Shown piece after piece: positions 1 through 11,559 of a stretch of DNA of 64,000 nt. The notes under the pieces were generated by a model. It had not been told where the DNA came from and ran no database searches. It saw nothing but the letters and a program-made list of their open reading frames with translations. The stretch's first letter is position 1, and each line of letters begins with the position of its first letter. Source of the stretch: Raillietiella orientalis (lineage: Eukaryota); assembly GCA_036172245.1 (NCBI GenBank), contig JAYWIR010000025.1, positions 682,001-746,000 on the forward strand, given 5' to 3'. Made by a program: the position numbers and the translations under genes.

Positions 1-355
1 ACTAATGAATTGTTTTCAACTGATTACACGTTGACTGGAACTTTTTAATTTTAATGGGATTGGAGCCTTCTAATTCCCAGTTTTGCATAATTGCATATTT
101 TTTAATTGGTACTTTGTAAGTGGTTTGTGTGTGTGTGTTTTTTGCTTAACTCACTGAGTTTACCCCAGAGCAGTAATTCCTTCAGTAATTTCAAAACATA
201 ATAATTTTGTGACTTGGTCAGTAATTTGTTCTTATTACCATTCTATTTGTAAGCATTTAGTGCTGTAATAGGTTCAGCTTTCGAAAATGTTATAAATTTT
301 TGCTGTTTGTCTTTGTATTGTCTACATTTTGTAGCTGTAAATGTACATTTTTTAG

Positions 356-3300
356 CCGAGAAGTTTTTGGAATCCATAGAACAAAGCAATACTTATTCAG
401 TGCTTTTATTGAAAATTGCTAGCAATGCAAATTTACCTCAACATATTTGTATTTGTGCTGCAGTTACTCTTAAAAATTTTCTGAAAAGAAATTGGACTCC
501 TGTAAGTTTTTCATGAGTGAATCAGTATTTATGGTTTAACAGACGTGTTCTCCTCCTTAAAGGATAGTGGCATTGAGATTATTAATCAAGATGACAAGAA
601 AGTGATTAGAAAGCTTTTATTTGATTTAATGATGGATACTCCACCTTTAGTACAAAAGCAACTCAGTGAAGCCATCAGCATGATTGGAAAGTGTGATTTT
701 CCCAAGCACTGGCCAGAATTAATGCCCTTAATTGTAGAGAAATTTTCATCAGGTTTATTAAATGTATTTTATTTTGACTTTTATTTTTGTGGTTTTTATA
801 GGAAATTTCAATGTAATTAATGGTGTACTTCATATTGCCCATTCTTTATTTAAACGTTATCGTTATGAGTGCAAGTCCCAGGAGCTCTGGTCGGAAATCA
901 AATTTGTTCTTGATAATTTTGCTAAGCCACTTTCGGATTTGCTAGTGGTTTGGATACCTCATTGTTATTGCAGGCATCTAATTCATGTGTGTAGCATACA
1001 ATGGAGTTACTGACTCAACATGCATCTGATGCAATGGTTCTGCATGTTCTGAGCAGCTCTCTCATTTTAATAGTGAAGATTTTTCATTCTCTTAATGTTC
1101 AGGATTTGCCTGAATTTTTCGAGGATCACATGGCCTTGTGGATGCCTCGTCTTTTGCAGTTGTTCTCTCTGGAAAATGCGCAATTAATTAGTGAAGTGAG
1201 TATTTTCCATGTATAATATTGAAACAGTATACCTTTAGAGTGAAGAGGAAGGTGGAAATTTAGAAAAGTTGAAATCTGAAATATGTGAAGTTGCAACTCT
1301 GTATGCTCTTCAGTATGAGGAAGAATTTGGTCCTTGGGTTCCACGTTTTGTAACTGCTGTTTGGAACATGCTGCTTCAGACTGGGAAAGAAGTTAAGTAT
1401 GATTTGGTGAGTAACTAAAAGGCACAATGGTATGCAAGAAGTTAACGTATTTTAGCTAGTGAGCAATGGAATTCAATTCTTAGTCTCAGTTTCTGCTAAA
1501 CCAGCATATCAACATCTGTTTAAAGATTCATCTGTGTTACAAAGTTTATGTGAGAAAATCATTATTCCCAACATAGAATTCCGAAGTTAGTTACGATTTT
1601 TTTATGGCCTTTTAATTATTCTTGTCATAGGTTGCGATCAGGAATTATTTGAAGATAATCCTGAAGAATACATTCGTCGTGATATGGAAGGTTCAGATGT
1701 AGAAACTCGACGTCGCTCATCATGTGATTTGGTGAAAGCTTTGTCACGACACAATGAGGCCCAAGTCACCTCAGTGTTTTCTTCCTATATTTTGGTCAGT
1801 TTAAGTATACTTTTGATAGCCATTTTTTATCTGTGCCCCAGACTATGTTGCAGCATTACAGTCAAAATCCACAGTCTCACTGGCAGGCCAAAAATGCGGC
1901 CTTGTATCTTGTGACTTCCCTAGCAGCCAAAGGACAGACTGCCCGGCATGGCATCACACAAATTAATCATCTAGTAAATTTGGATCAATTTTTTGTGGAA
2001 CATGTGCAACCAGAATTGAAAAGAGATCAGTCCAATAGCGTTTCTATTCTGAAAGCTGATTCCATCAAGTACCTTATTGTGTTTCGTAATCAGCTATCAG
2101 CTCATCTGGTGAGAAGCAGTTTTGCTTTGGTGATTCCTTTTTTGTTGGAGGAGAGCACGGTGGTGCACTCATATGCATGTATTGCAGTAGAAAGACTGTT
2201 ATTAACACGCAAAGCTGGTTGCCAATTGTAAGTTGTCAGTTTATTCGGTAACTTTGCAAGTTTGTTTTAGAATACCAACAAGTGATGTTCAAGAGATGGG
2301 AGGACTTCTTTTGGGCAATTTGTTTTCTGTACTCAAATTTCCTGGATCTGAAGTAAATGAATACTGTATGCGAGGTAGGAGTACACAGAGTATGCTTTGC
2401 ATTGTATCTCATGTTGACAGCTATCATGAGGACCTTCAGCATTCTTCGAGACAACCTTATAAATTATGTCAACGATTGTCTGGGATTGCTTTCCGTTAAA
2501 TTCCGTGAAATTGCCAACAATCCCAGCAAACCTCATTTCAACCACTATTTCTTTGAATCGTTATGCATTGTTATACAGTCTGTGTGTGCAACATCACCAG
2601 CTGCAGTTACCACATTCGAAGCAGCGTTCTTTCCTACGTTTCATGGAATTTTACAGCATGATGTGCAAGAATTCATCCCTTATGTGTTCCAAATCGCAGC
2701 ATTATTGCTGGAATGCCATGCAAATGACATTCCGGTTACCTACATGGAATTGTTTTCATGCCTTGTAGCACCAGCAGTTTGGGAGCGTACAGCAAATGTG
2801 CAATCGCTTACTCAGCTCCTCCAGGTGTACATTAGGAAAGGAAATAATCAAATTGCCTCTCCTTCCAATTTGGTGAGTCCAGATAACTTCTTTGCTCTCC
2901 CATTTGTTTTGTAGAATGTACTGCTTGGAATTTACCAAAGATTAATTGCTTCAAAGATGCATGATCATCAAGGATTTGCTTTGCTTCAAGGCCTTCTTTA
3001 TCACATCCCTCAGTATGTAATGTGAATTGTATGGTTTGTTTCCATTTTTTATTTTGTTTTAGAGAAGCATTGGCACCATACCTTAGACAGGTTTTTATAC
3101 TTTTGTTCCAAAGACTATCAAATAGCAAAACCTCAAAATACGTGCAGAAATTGATAGTGTTTTTGAGTTATTTTATCTTGCATCAGGGAGCAGATGCTCT
3201 GATCAACATGGTTGATGGCATACAGGCAAAGTAAGACTGCAGGACATTGGCAAATATGAACTATGTTCTCAGCATGTTTGGTATGGTGCTGGAGCGTGTC

Positions 3301-3999
3301 ATCATCCCAGATTCTCGGTTTATCTCGGACGAGAAAGAGCGCCAAATCTGTGCAGCTGGTCTCACGAGATTGTTATGTGAATCACCAGTTATGGTATCTG
3401 GTGCTTACCAGCATTTTTGGTTAGTAACTGTCGCATTCTAATTATGAATTTCTGTAGTATTGAATCACATATGCTGATATTAAAGTGATGAAAAGCTAAG
3501 GACTCAAAACACCTTGAATCTTTAAGGAAAAGGTGCCCTGAAATGGTGATTTGATTTGCTCTAATTTTTAGGGTTCGCTTATTAGGTGTGGTGTTGGAAA
3601 TGTTAAAAACATCAGACTTTAATAACGTAAGGAAGGATGAGGATTTTGATTCGAACGAATGTTTGGACTCCTTTGAGTTAAATGAGCCTTCATATTCACA
3701 GCTGGCATTTTGTGTGATTCCATCAGATGATCCACTGAAAGGTTTGTACTTGTGGTATGTGTGTAATCCCCACCTATAATGCCAACAGTGTTAGGACAGA
3801 ATTCGAAAACTTACTTTGCTGTCAGTCTTACTAAAGTTATTGCAACAAATCCTGAGAAGGTAAGTGTTAACATTAGTAACCTATTGTGCATGTGTTTCAA
3901 CTCTTCTCATTTTAGTTCAAGCACCTCATATCAGAAAACCTAAGTCCTTCTAGTCAGAATTGCCTTAATGAATACTTGCATTGTTCTGGTGTTCAGTAA
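356..3999 (+). CDS. CSE1L: Exportin-2 / CSE1-like importin-alpha export receptor; multi-exon, first exon(s) upstream of window
   Basis: Spliced exons give AEKFLESIEQ, LKNFLKRNW, DFPKHWPELM, AHSLFKRYRYE, QDLPEFFEDHM, EDNPEEYIRRDMEGSDVETRRR, NPSKPHFNHYFFE and QEFIPYVFQI. Canonical GT-AG introns, mostly 42-60 nt (e.g. 2873-2914, 3231-3272). Stop TAA 3997-3999. Confidence 0.97.
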
Positions 4000-4679
4000 C
4001 ACGATAATTATCGATGAACTGGGAAGCGTGTGTAGAGAAAAAATGCAGCATGCCACGTAGATGAAAAAAATTTTCTGCTGGAAAAGTAATACATATTTTA
4101 CAAAAAAATGAATTGCACCATTTACACGGATGTGAGTTGATGAATGGCACAATGGTATTAAAAACAGGCTGCTGTGATAAAAGTCTCCATGTTTTTCAAC
4201 CGAGTGTTGAAGGTTCCTTCCTGCAAGACTGTTGCAAATATTTTGCCGTGAGTCGACATTCATGAATGCGATCTTACCGTTGCATTTGTTTACTTTATGT
4301 TGCAGCAGAAATTTCTGCATGATCTTTGAAGTCTTATTTATATAGTTCCCATATAATGAAACACTTATTGATTGCATAATTTGCATAGAAATTCTGATTG
4401 ATAAAAGACTGTGCAAAGATTTTGATTTCCTAATTCTTAAATTAAAACGTCTTTTTTTTCTATCCTGGTAGTTGTCACTTTTATTTTATGTACGCTAGCT
4501 GTACAATGTTGAGCCACCGTGGTCTGGAATGTTCTGTTTTTTTTTTTTTTGCGCCAGCTTTATTAATACAAACTTGAAATCTGCTTTCTACATTTAAAAG
4601 CTTTTGAAAATATCCCACCCCAACTTTATCCGCCACTGTCGACTCGTATTGGTGGTGTTTTTCCTCGTGGGTTTTGTAT

Positions 4680-4945
4680 GGAAGCAGTCAGGATACTGTA
4701 AGACCAAGTCATCGTGACTCTTGGATCACAGGCCCACATTTCTTTAACCCACCAAACAAGAATTGCATGCCCAAGCTGAATAGGTCCGTGTGATTTGTGT
4801 ACATCTGAAGTACATCGGAAGAACGAACGACTTTTACTCAGTTTGTTAAAAATGGCGTGAGCTCTTTTATTGCATGGAGATATTCTTATGGCATGAACTT
4901 TATGACAAAATACACCACATGCACGTAACATGCCATCGAGCATGT
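4680..4945 (-). other. Putative endogenous mononegaviral nucleoprotein fragment
   Basis: ORF 4626..4943: LDGMLRACG...KSHGPIQLGHAILVWWVKEMWACDPRVTMTWSYS resembles the paramyxo N pattern GP-x6-LL-x7-FA-x7-WS(F/Y). Manual alignment. Confidence 0.5.
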
Positions 4946-4989
4946 TAGGGTATCGCTCAGAAAGTTTGGTCCATTGGTGTCTGTGTGTG

Positions 4990-5160
4990 TTTTTTAAAAA
5001 AAGTCATCTTGGGGTGCGAATTGTGCTCTCTACATATGCGCCATGCCACGAAGATGTTTGGACAAAAGGTGCCAAGTTCCTGAGTGCTCTCTCTCATAAG
5101 GACTGTGCGCAAATTGGAGCAGAAACAGGGATGTTTCATCGTTTTGAGCGTGGACCGTAG
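4990..5160 (+). other. Putative endogenous mononegaviral nucleoprotein fragment
   Basis: TKGAKFLSALSHKDCAQIGA vs bornavirus N FPFLGAIRHPDAIKLAP (FLxAxxHxD, same spacing). Confidence 0.35.
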
Positions 5161-6299
5161 ATTTCGCGGTGTTGAGGAAAGCACAGAATTAAGTAATTCG
5201 TAATTTACCTGAGACTAAAATGTGCCTACGATGTGGGGGTCGCCGTGTCAGGGGCGTAAGTAACGCGACCTGTGGTTTGAGGTTCCAGCGGTTTCACGGG
5301 AACCAATTTCCCTTTCCCAAAGATGTTTCTTCTCAAATAGATGGCTAGCGTGGACTCAGGTTCCTGCTAAACGTCACTGCAAAGATCTGATTACGACTGG
5401 CATTCTAGGTAACGATTGCTGGCCACTTTTTGTTCCGTTTCCTGATGGATCCGCAAGCCTGTTGAGCCTCTCATGCTCTTCGTGCCCGGGCCGGGCTGTT
5501 TGTTGTCTCCCAGCTCCCGCCCTCACAGTCGTGCTTATAAAATGGAAGATGGAAAAGGGACAGGCTCGAATGCGGAAGGGTTCGACTCTTGTGTTGAAAT
5601 AGCTCTCTCCGAGCTCTAGGAGGGCGTGTCTTGGCATGTCTTTCCCATCTTTACCCTAGAGTAATAAAGTGGCGTTTATTGTACTAGGATTCCCTTCGGA
5701 AAAAACTTCCTCCTCCATCTCCTCACGGAAACATCCTGTTTTAAGTTTCGTTTCCACGCTCCAAAATTTCACATCCGTAGCAAGCATTTTGTGAAAGCTT
5801 TAGCCGGCGACGTATCTTTCTCGATCTCTCCAGACTTCTTCGGGAGATTTAGTGCTCGTTGCGACACCGGCATTTGGTGCATCAGTGTTTATTCCTGGTT
5901 TTCGCCGGGAGGTCAATTCGCGTTTATAAAATTTGCAAGTTGCAAAAAGAGAACCAAGGTTTTCGTCCCACCCTCCCATAGGTTGTTTGCATGCAGCCTG
6001 CAATGGTGCCGTCCGAAAGAAATCTTCGAGACTTCGACAGAAGCGGGTGACCTACGCATTTTTTTCTGCCCGCGAAGGGCATATGCTAGGGAGGTTGACA
6101 CAACCACTGGGGAGAGCCGATTCCCTGGTAACTCTTCAGAGGAAGCGTCTTGACGGTGCCATAACAGCGCGGAGACAGTGGACATCGCGGAATGTCCAAA
6201 CGAATGGTGGAGTTCCCGGCGATGGGTTGATCCCGCAGTTGGGCTGCGAGCGCGTGTTGGGCACAGCTACAGAAACATGAGAGAGTGCCTATTTTGAAG

Positions 6300-7420
6300 G
6301 GGGAGCGGGGGAAGTTGCTAATAGCGATGTAGCCTTAGGAGAGCAATCTCTGTGTTAAGGAATGCACGTCTTCGTCTCAAGGAAGCAAGGTGTCCTGAGG
6401 AAATGGAGCAATCCCTGCAGGACACGGGATGGGACCTCTGGGTCCTGGGAGGGGGGAACAGTGCGCGAGTGGAACGCCAACGGAGCCAAGTTTTCCGTTT
6501 TACGCGGGCGGCGAAGGAAGGTGGAAGGGAGGGAGGCAAACGCCCCTCGCCTCCGGTGCCAAGGAGGAGGAGGCAGCCATTTAATCCGGAGGGCCCATGA
6601 CGTGGCAGGGAGAAACGAGCATGCGGAGGGAGTAGGACTCCTGGAAGTAGTCCTGATCGGTCGTTGCGACTTCTGGATGCAGATGCAGAGGCAGCGCCAC
6701 GGAAGGTTCATCACAGCCCACATCGGCTTGGTCCAAGGGAAGGACGCGCATGTGTCCTTGGGAAGCCGCTTGCGAGCCCTGCCACTTTGCACACCGCGGT
6801 TCCTCCCCTTCCTCCTTAGGGAGGCCTGGTCAGGCGGGCGGCACCGCGTCAGGCGGCCGCCCGGGTCCCTCAGATCGTCCTGGCGGCGGCTCTGTTGGGG
6901 AGCAGGTCTCTCAACGACTGACCTCACCGGGAAACCGACCTCGAGGAGCGTTCCCCAATTCAGACGGTCCTGCGGGACGCCATACCGCCCCCCGGCAGAT
7001 CTCGGCGAGAAAGTCAGGACACGTTGTTCCTCCCTCCAGCGTGTCCTGAGCTGAGGGCACGCACGGCCGGACTCCTTCGGGAACGGGCACCCTTCGTCGT
7101 CCGTCGCAACGTGCTGATGCTTGTCGGGCGTTCCTCGCCCCGTGGGCACATCCCAGCCGATCTCAGGTCGAACCAAGCTGCAGCCGTACCCAGGGGGGCC
7201 CGAAAGCGACTCGATGGGGAAGCTTCCGGATGGAGGGATCCTGCTTCTTCGGTGAGCCCCAGGATCGCCCCGGGAAGTACCGGATCCGCTTGGAAACCAA
7301 ATGCAGGGGTCGCTGGGGTGCTCGCCCCCCTTCCTCTGAACGGATCGGTGGCTTTGGCTGGGGTACCAGCGCATCCGAAGGGGCTCGTCGTCGTGGCGGT
7401 CGGGCTTCTCATGCATCCAG
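6300..7420 (-). mobile_element. Degenerate 3' ORF2 fragment of an L1/Tx1-like non-LTR retrotransposon
   Basis: YGVPQDRLNWGTLLEV resembles YGLLRWGALLGV in the better-preserved copy at 15403-16065. GC-rich and frameshifted. Confidence 0.4.
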
Positions 7421-8965
7421 CACCATCAGTGATCTTCTCTGACTTGCCTATACCTGGTTTCTTCCATAAACAGTGGCTGTATCTGTTGAAATATTCAGGA
7501 CTAAATAAACTCTTCTGTGTGCGGGGAACTTTGTACAGAATCATTCGGAATTTCTGGAATCGTTTCCGGATGCAGCTCGGAGTTTGGACTGGCCATGCAA
7601 CTGGAGGAATGGTTTCTCTGGGAAAGAGAAAAGCGTGGTAGAGATGGATGGTTCCCTCGCAGGAATGCAACTGAAAATGCGAAACACATGCGATCGGCTC
7701 TTCGCAAAACACTCTGGATGATCGCGGTTCTGATTTCGGTGGCAGCTCCGGAAGACCAAGTTTCAGACGGTATTTTGTGGTTCATTGCCAGCATCTCTTC
7801 AGGAAATGAACAAGAGGGTTTCAAGGTCATTGCTTCGTTTGAGATTCAGGGCGGAGCGCGTGGAGATGGGCGCTTTGTGATGGAGGGAAGCCAAAAGTAA
7901 GAACGTGCATCCTCCAACTTTCCATGATTTTACAATCGGGATGCGGAAGCTTCATTCCCCTCTCCTTTTTCGGTTTTTTAGATGGAATAGGTCAACTCAC
8001 AGTAGAGATTTCCTCCTGGCGCTTCTGTCGCTCATGGCTGTTAGAAATCTCGTTCGGTCCTTCCTTCAGCTAACATGTTTCATCCCTAAAAATTAACGTG
8101 CTCTGTTTTCTCTTTCTAGGAGATGCGAGCTGTTCCCAAGATCCAGATGCGTTAGCGATCATTTCCTGGCGATCGATACCAGCAGAGAGCTTTTTTTCAT
8201 CGCAGCATCCAGAAAATGTTACTTTTCTCTAGGCCACTTTTCTTTTTGCTCTTCCTCGAACAAATCATTCCTCGATTTTCCTGTCTTCCTCCTTGCTTCA
8301 GGGTGGTGAGATGGAGTCAGTCAAAAAAAGTCCAGAGTCTTGTCGTGAGACCGTTATCGAATATTTCTTCAAATGCCTTCGGGACCATCAAATGTCACTC
8401 CGAATAAAGGGAATCCAATTCATTTACTTCTGGCGTCCAGATATCATTGACGTCTATGCATGATTTTTTGTGATCATCATTTAGTCCATGCATTACAAAA
8501 CTTACAGAACTGTCAGTGAAAAATACCATGGGACAAAGAAGATATGCGGCCATCTTCCCCTTTCATATTTGCATGCCTGGAATTCCCGAGAACGTCTACA
8601 AATCAAGCTGCACTTAGCCTAAATATGCTGGCTGTTCCCTGGCTGCAGCATCAACCTCCAGGTAGCTCTGCAAAAACAAGAAAATTCTCAGAATGTGGCT
8701 TTCCGTTCAGCAAATTCTGCACGCGAACCTTCGGCTGCGAACCTTTCGCTTTTTTTTTTTCTTTTTTTTTCATATGCCGTTCTTTCGGGCGAGGCAGTCA
8801 AGGAGAGTGCGCCCCGAGTAGGGGGGGCAAATCAGGAATTTCTTCCCGCAGCACCTACATCGGGTCATGGCGGCGATTCATCACTCGATCGGGGGGGAGG
8901 AGGGGTTAGGATCATTTTGAGTTCGAGTTCCGGTTTTCAACTTCGCATCCACCAAATCCGAAACT

Positions 8966-9193
8966 TCACACACACGCATGAGCCATGTACATCCAGGACC
9001 ATACTTGACGAGTCGTTCTTAAACGATCTGTCAACTCCAGGATACAAAACATCTCCCAGTTGTCCGCTATGTTGAGTTGAAACAGCCTCTTTAATGAAAG
9101 CAAATCACTGCAAATCACCTGGAGAGGTTTAGATTGGTTGGTATCTAAACTTGGACAGCGGAGGCTTCCTTTCGTCATTGATAGCAACTCCAA
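8966..9193 (-). other. Putative endogenous mononegaviral nucleoprotein fragment
   Basis: LQVICSDLLSLKRLFQL...FCILE plus frameshifted KYGPG, vs henipavirus N LNEFQSDLNTIKSLMLL...YMVLLE...KFAPG. Confidence 0.55.
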
Positions 9194-10049
9194 TGACAGG
9201 AGCTGTTACACTCCTGATCTCTGGAACAAAGTTGATGTTCGATGGATGGCACATGTGACGAGACTCTAAACCTCAACACATGAATGCCTGGAGATGCCCA
9301 GCTACACAGTCAAGCTCCCCGGCAGTCCGACCGTTCTTCCTGTCAACGGTCGACATTGCAGATGCCTGGCAAGGAAGCCGACTCTGAAGAAGAGCTCTGA
9401 TGACACTGCAGACTAACTCTGAATTCCATTCGCGCAACGGGGGATCGTGGTTCAGTTCTCTTTCGAGCTCTTTCTGAAAACATCCCATTGCACGGAGCTG
9501 TTGTCCTGACGTTGACCATAGCAACAGGCTGGCACACTTAGACAGTTTCCTTTCTATAGTTCTCCTCGTAGGTGTTTCTTTATGGCTTTCTCGCCTTCTG
9601 TGTCTGCTGTTCGTGCGGCTGAGTCCATCCCACGTGGCAGAAATCGTACGTCAGGGAGGTTGGCACCGAATCAGATGGGTGCGTGACGCTTTTCCAACGC
9701 ACCGCCGTGAAATTACGAAATGTGGACCCTTTCACACTGTTAGTGAAGACTTGGCCGATCGGGATGTTTCCGTTCCGCCCTGTACGGAAGGAACGACCTG
9801 ACCTAACTCCAAAAGACTGATGGAAACATCGTCAGTTACTGGGCATTGGCTCTATTGGAATTGTACCACTGCAAAGTTTGGAAAATGATTTCCGTCTAGG
9901 ATAATTCAGTGGCTTCTCGCGTCGAGAACTCCCAAATGGGAGCATTCTAGCATCTTCCCAACTGCCGTTTCTCCTTACTGATACGCAAATGCGTGCCTCT
10001 GGGGCAGTGTTTTTGTACTCCGAGACACCTCCTCTATTGGTCACCTAGG

Positions 10050-10380
10050 ACAATGGAAAAGCAACAGAGCACCACTAAGAATGCCGTTCAGCAGTTCATC
10101 TTCCTTTCAAAACGGAAGGGAAGAAAAAATGACCAAAAAGTGATCTGCTGCAAGAGTATTGGCCTCAGAAGTCTCATTTCCTTCCTAATGGTTCCTAACG
10201 AAAATGTGAAAATAGCCAAGCAAATCCCAGACGTGATGGGATCGTAAAGAAATTATGTGTTAGAATCTTCTAGAAGGACCACGTTACACAGGCAAGAGCC
10301 AGAGATACAATGAAATTAGTCGTCGGAAACATCATCCAGTACTGTTCACTGAAAAGACATGGCAACCTCAGCTTAAAAGA
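10050..10380 (+). other. Putative endogenous mononegaviral nucleoprotein fragment
   Basis: From 10131, DQKVICCKSIGLRSLISFLMVPNENVKIAKQIPDVMGS*RNY aligns ungapped with bornavirus N DQIKLV...E...TIPVVAYEIRDF. Confidence 0.5.
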
Positions 10381-10514
10381 AAGCATCTAAGGATTCCCGG
10401 GTGGCTCGAGGCCATTGCAATGTTATCCACTTTCTTTGAGAACCGCGAACGTTCCGCAGCTGGCGCAGCGCAGGGAGTGTACATTAGAGACATCAAGTTG
10501 GTTCCTTCCATTTA

Positions 10515-10913
10515 GTGTTCCCAGATGCAGACTTTTCTTCCAATCACATATCTGCACTCTTATGCGTCCAAAGCATCGTGCCACTCATATTTGTAGAAAT
10601 CGGGCCAGCAAGGAAGATTTCCGGGGGGGAGTGGTTCATTCATCCTCCAGCAGGGAGGCTGCAAGACGACGAGGACAGCTGGATGACTTCCAGCCCGAGG
10701 ATCGGGGCGAAATGGTTCGAGAATGCCACACGAACGTGCAAGTCATCTTTCGCTCATAATTTCCATGATTTACGTGGAGGGGGAGCAAACTGGAGTCGAA
10801 GCACGGAAGGTTTCTCAGCTGTAGGGAATCTTTTTGCCATCGTGCACAGTGCCGACGCGTCACATGAATCAGATTATTCACCCTATATTAGAATGTTAGA
10901 TGTTCCACATTAG
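10515..10913 (+). other. Putative endogenous nucleoprotein fragment (mononega/chu-like)
   Basis: 132-aa ORF with HNFHDLRGGGANWSRSTEGF and SPYIRML (PY-x2-L motif of the N C-lobe). Confidence 0.3.
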
Positions 10914-11559
10914 AGTGGCAAGTCCTTCGTTTACTCGGAATCGGAAATCGCGGTGGATCCGATTCAAATCGCCTTAGAATTTGAATGCAACAGGGGGTAG
11001 GGTGCCTTGAAGAGAAAGAAATGGCTTGCAGATGGATGAACTCAGAAAGAAGTGGTTGAGGTAGTAGTGACTCTTTTCTTTTCCGTTTTTTTTTTTTTTT
11101 TCTTTCAGGAACTTTAGCGGGTGGAAATCTCGAAGGGGAAACCCGGCAGCAGAGAAGGCACCACGTCTCTGAGCCCTACCACACGTTCCCGGCCAAGTCA
11201 TATTCCTCCTACCACAGGGAGCACGCTGATAAATGAGACAAAGACTGCGCTATTTCGATTCTCAGGGTCTTCAGGTTTTCGCACGGGAGCGTCCCGGTGT
11301 TGCTGTCCGAATCCCTGACGTAAAAGCATGCGGCACCCACATGTGTGGAAACGGGAAGATTCCCAGCAGTTGAAGTTTGTCTAGTCCCTCCCATCTGAGA
11401 TCGGGAAAGTGACCGGAAGCTTCCTCAGCTGAGCTTCTCGGAACATCGTACGTTTCTTCTGCAATTCAAAGGCCCGAGAGTCGTGCTGTTGCTGTGGGGG
11501 CAGCGCGTCAAGCAGAAAATGGCGGCGGGACCCACATGACCACAGGAAGAAGTGTAGCA

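Noticed and set aside
5590..5780. KFWSV...FSEGNPSTINATLLL*GKDGKD as an L1 RT domain-1 remnant (minus strand)
   Set aside because: Suggestive, but the expected following RPISL motif is absent, so it is not supportable alone.
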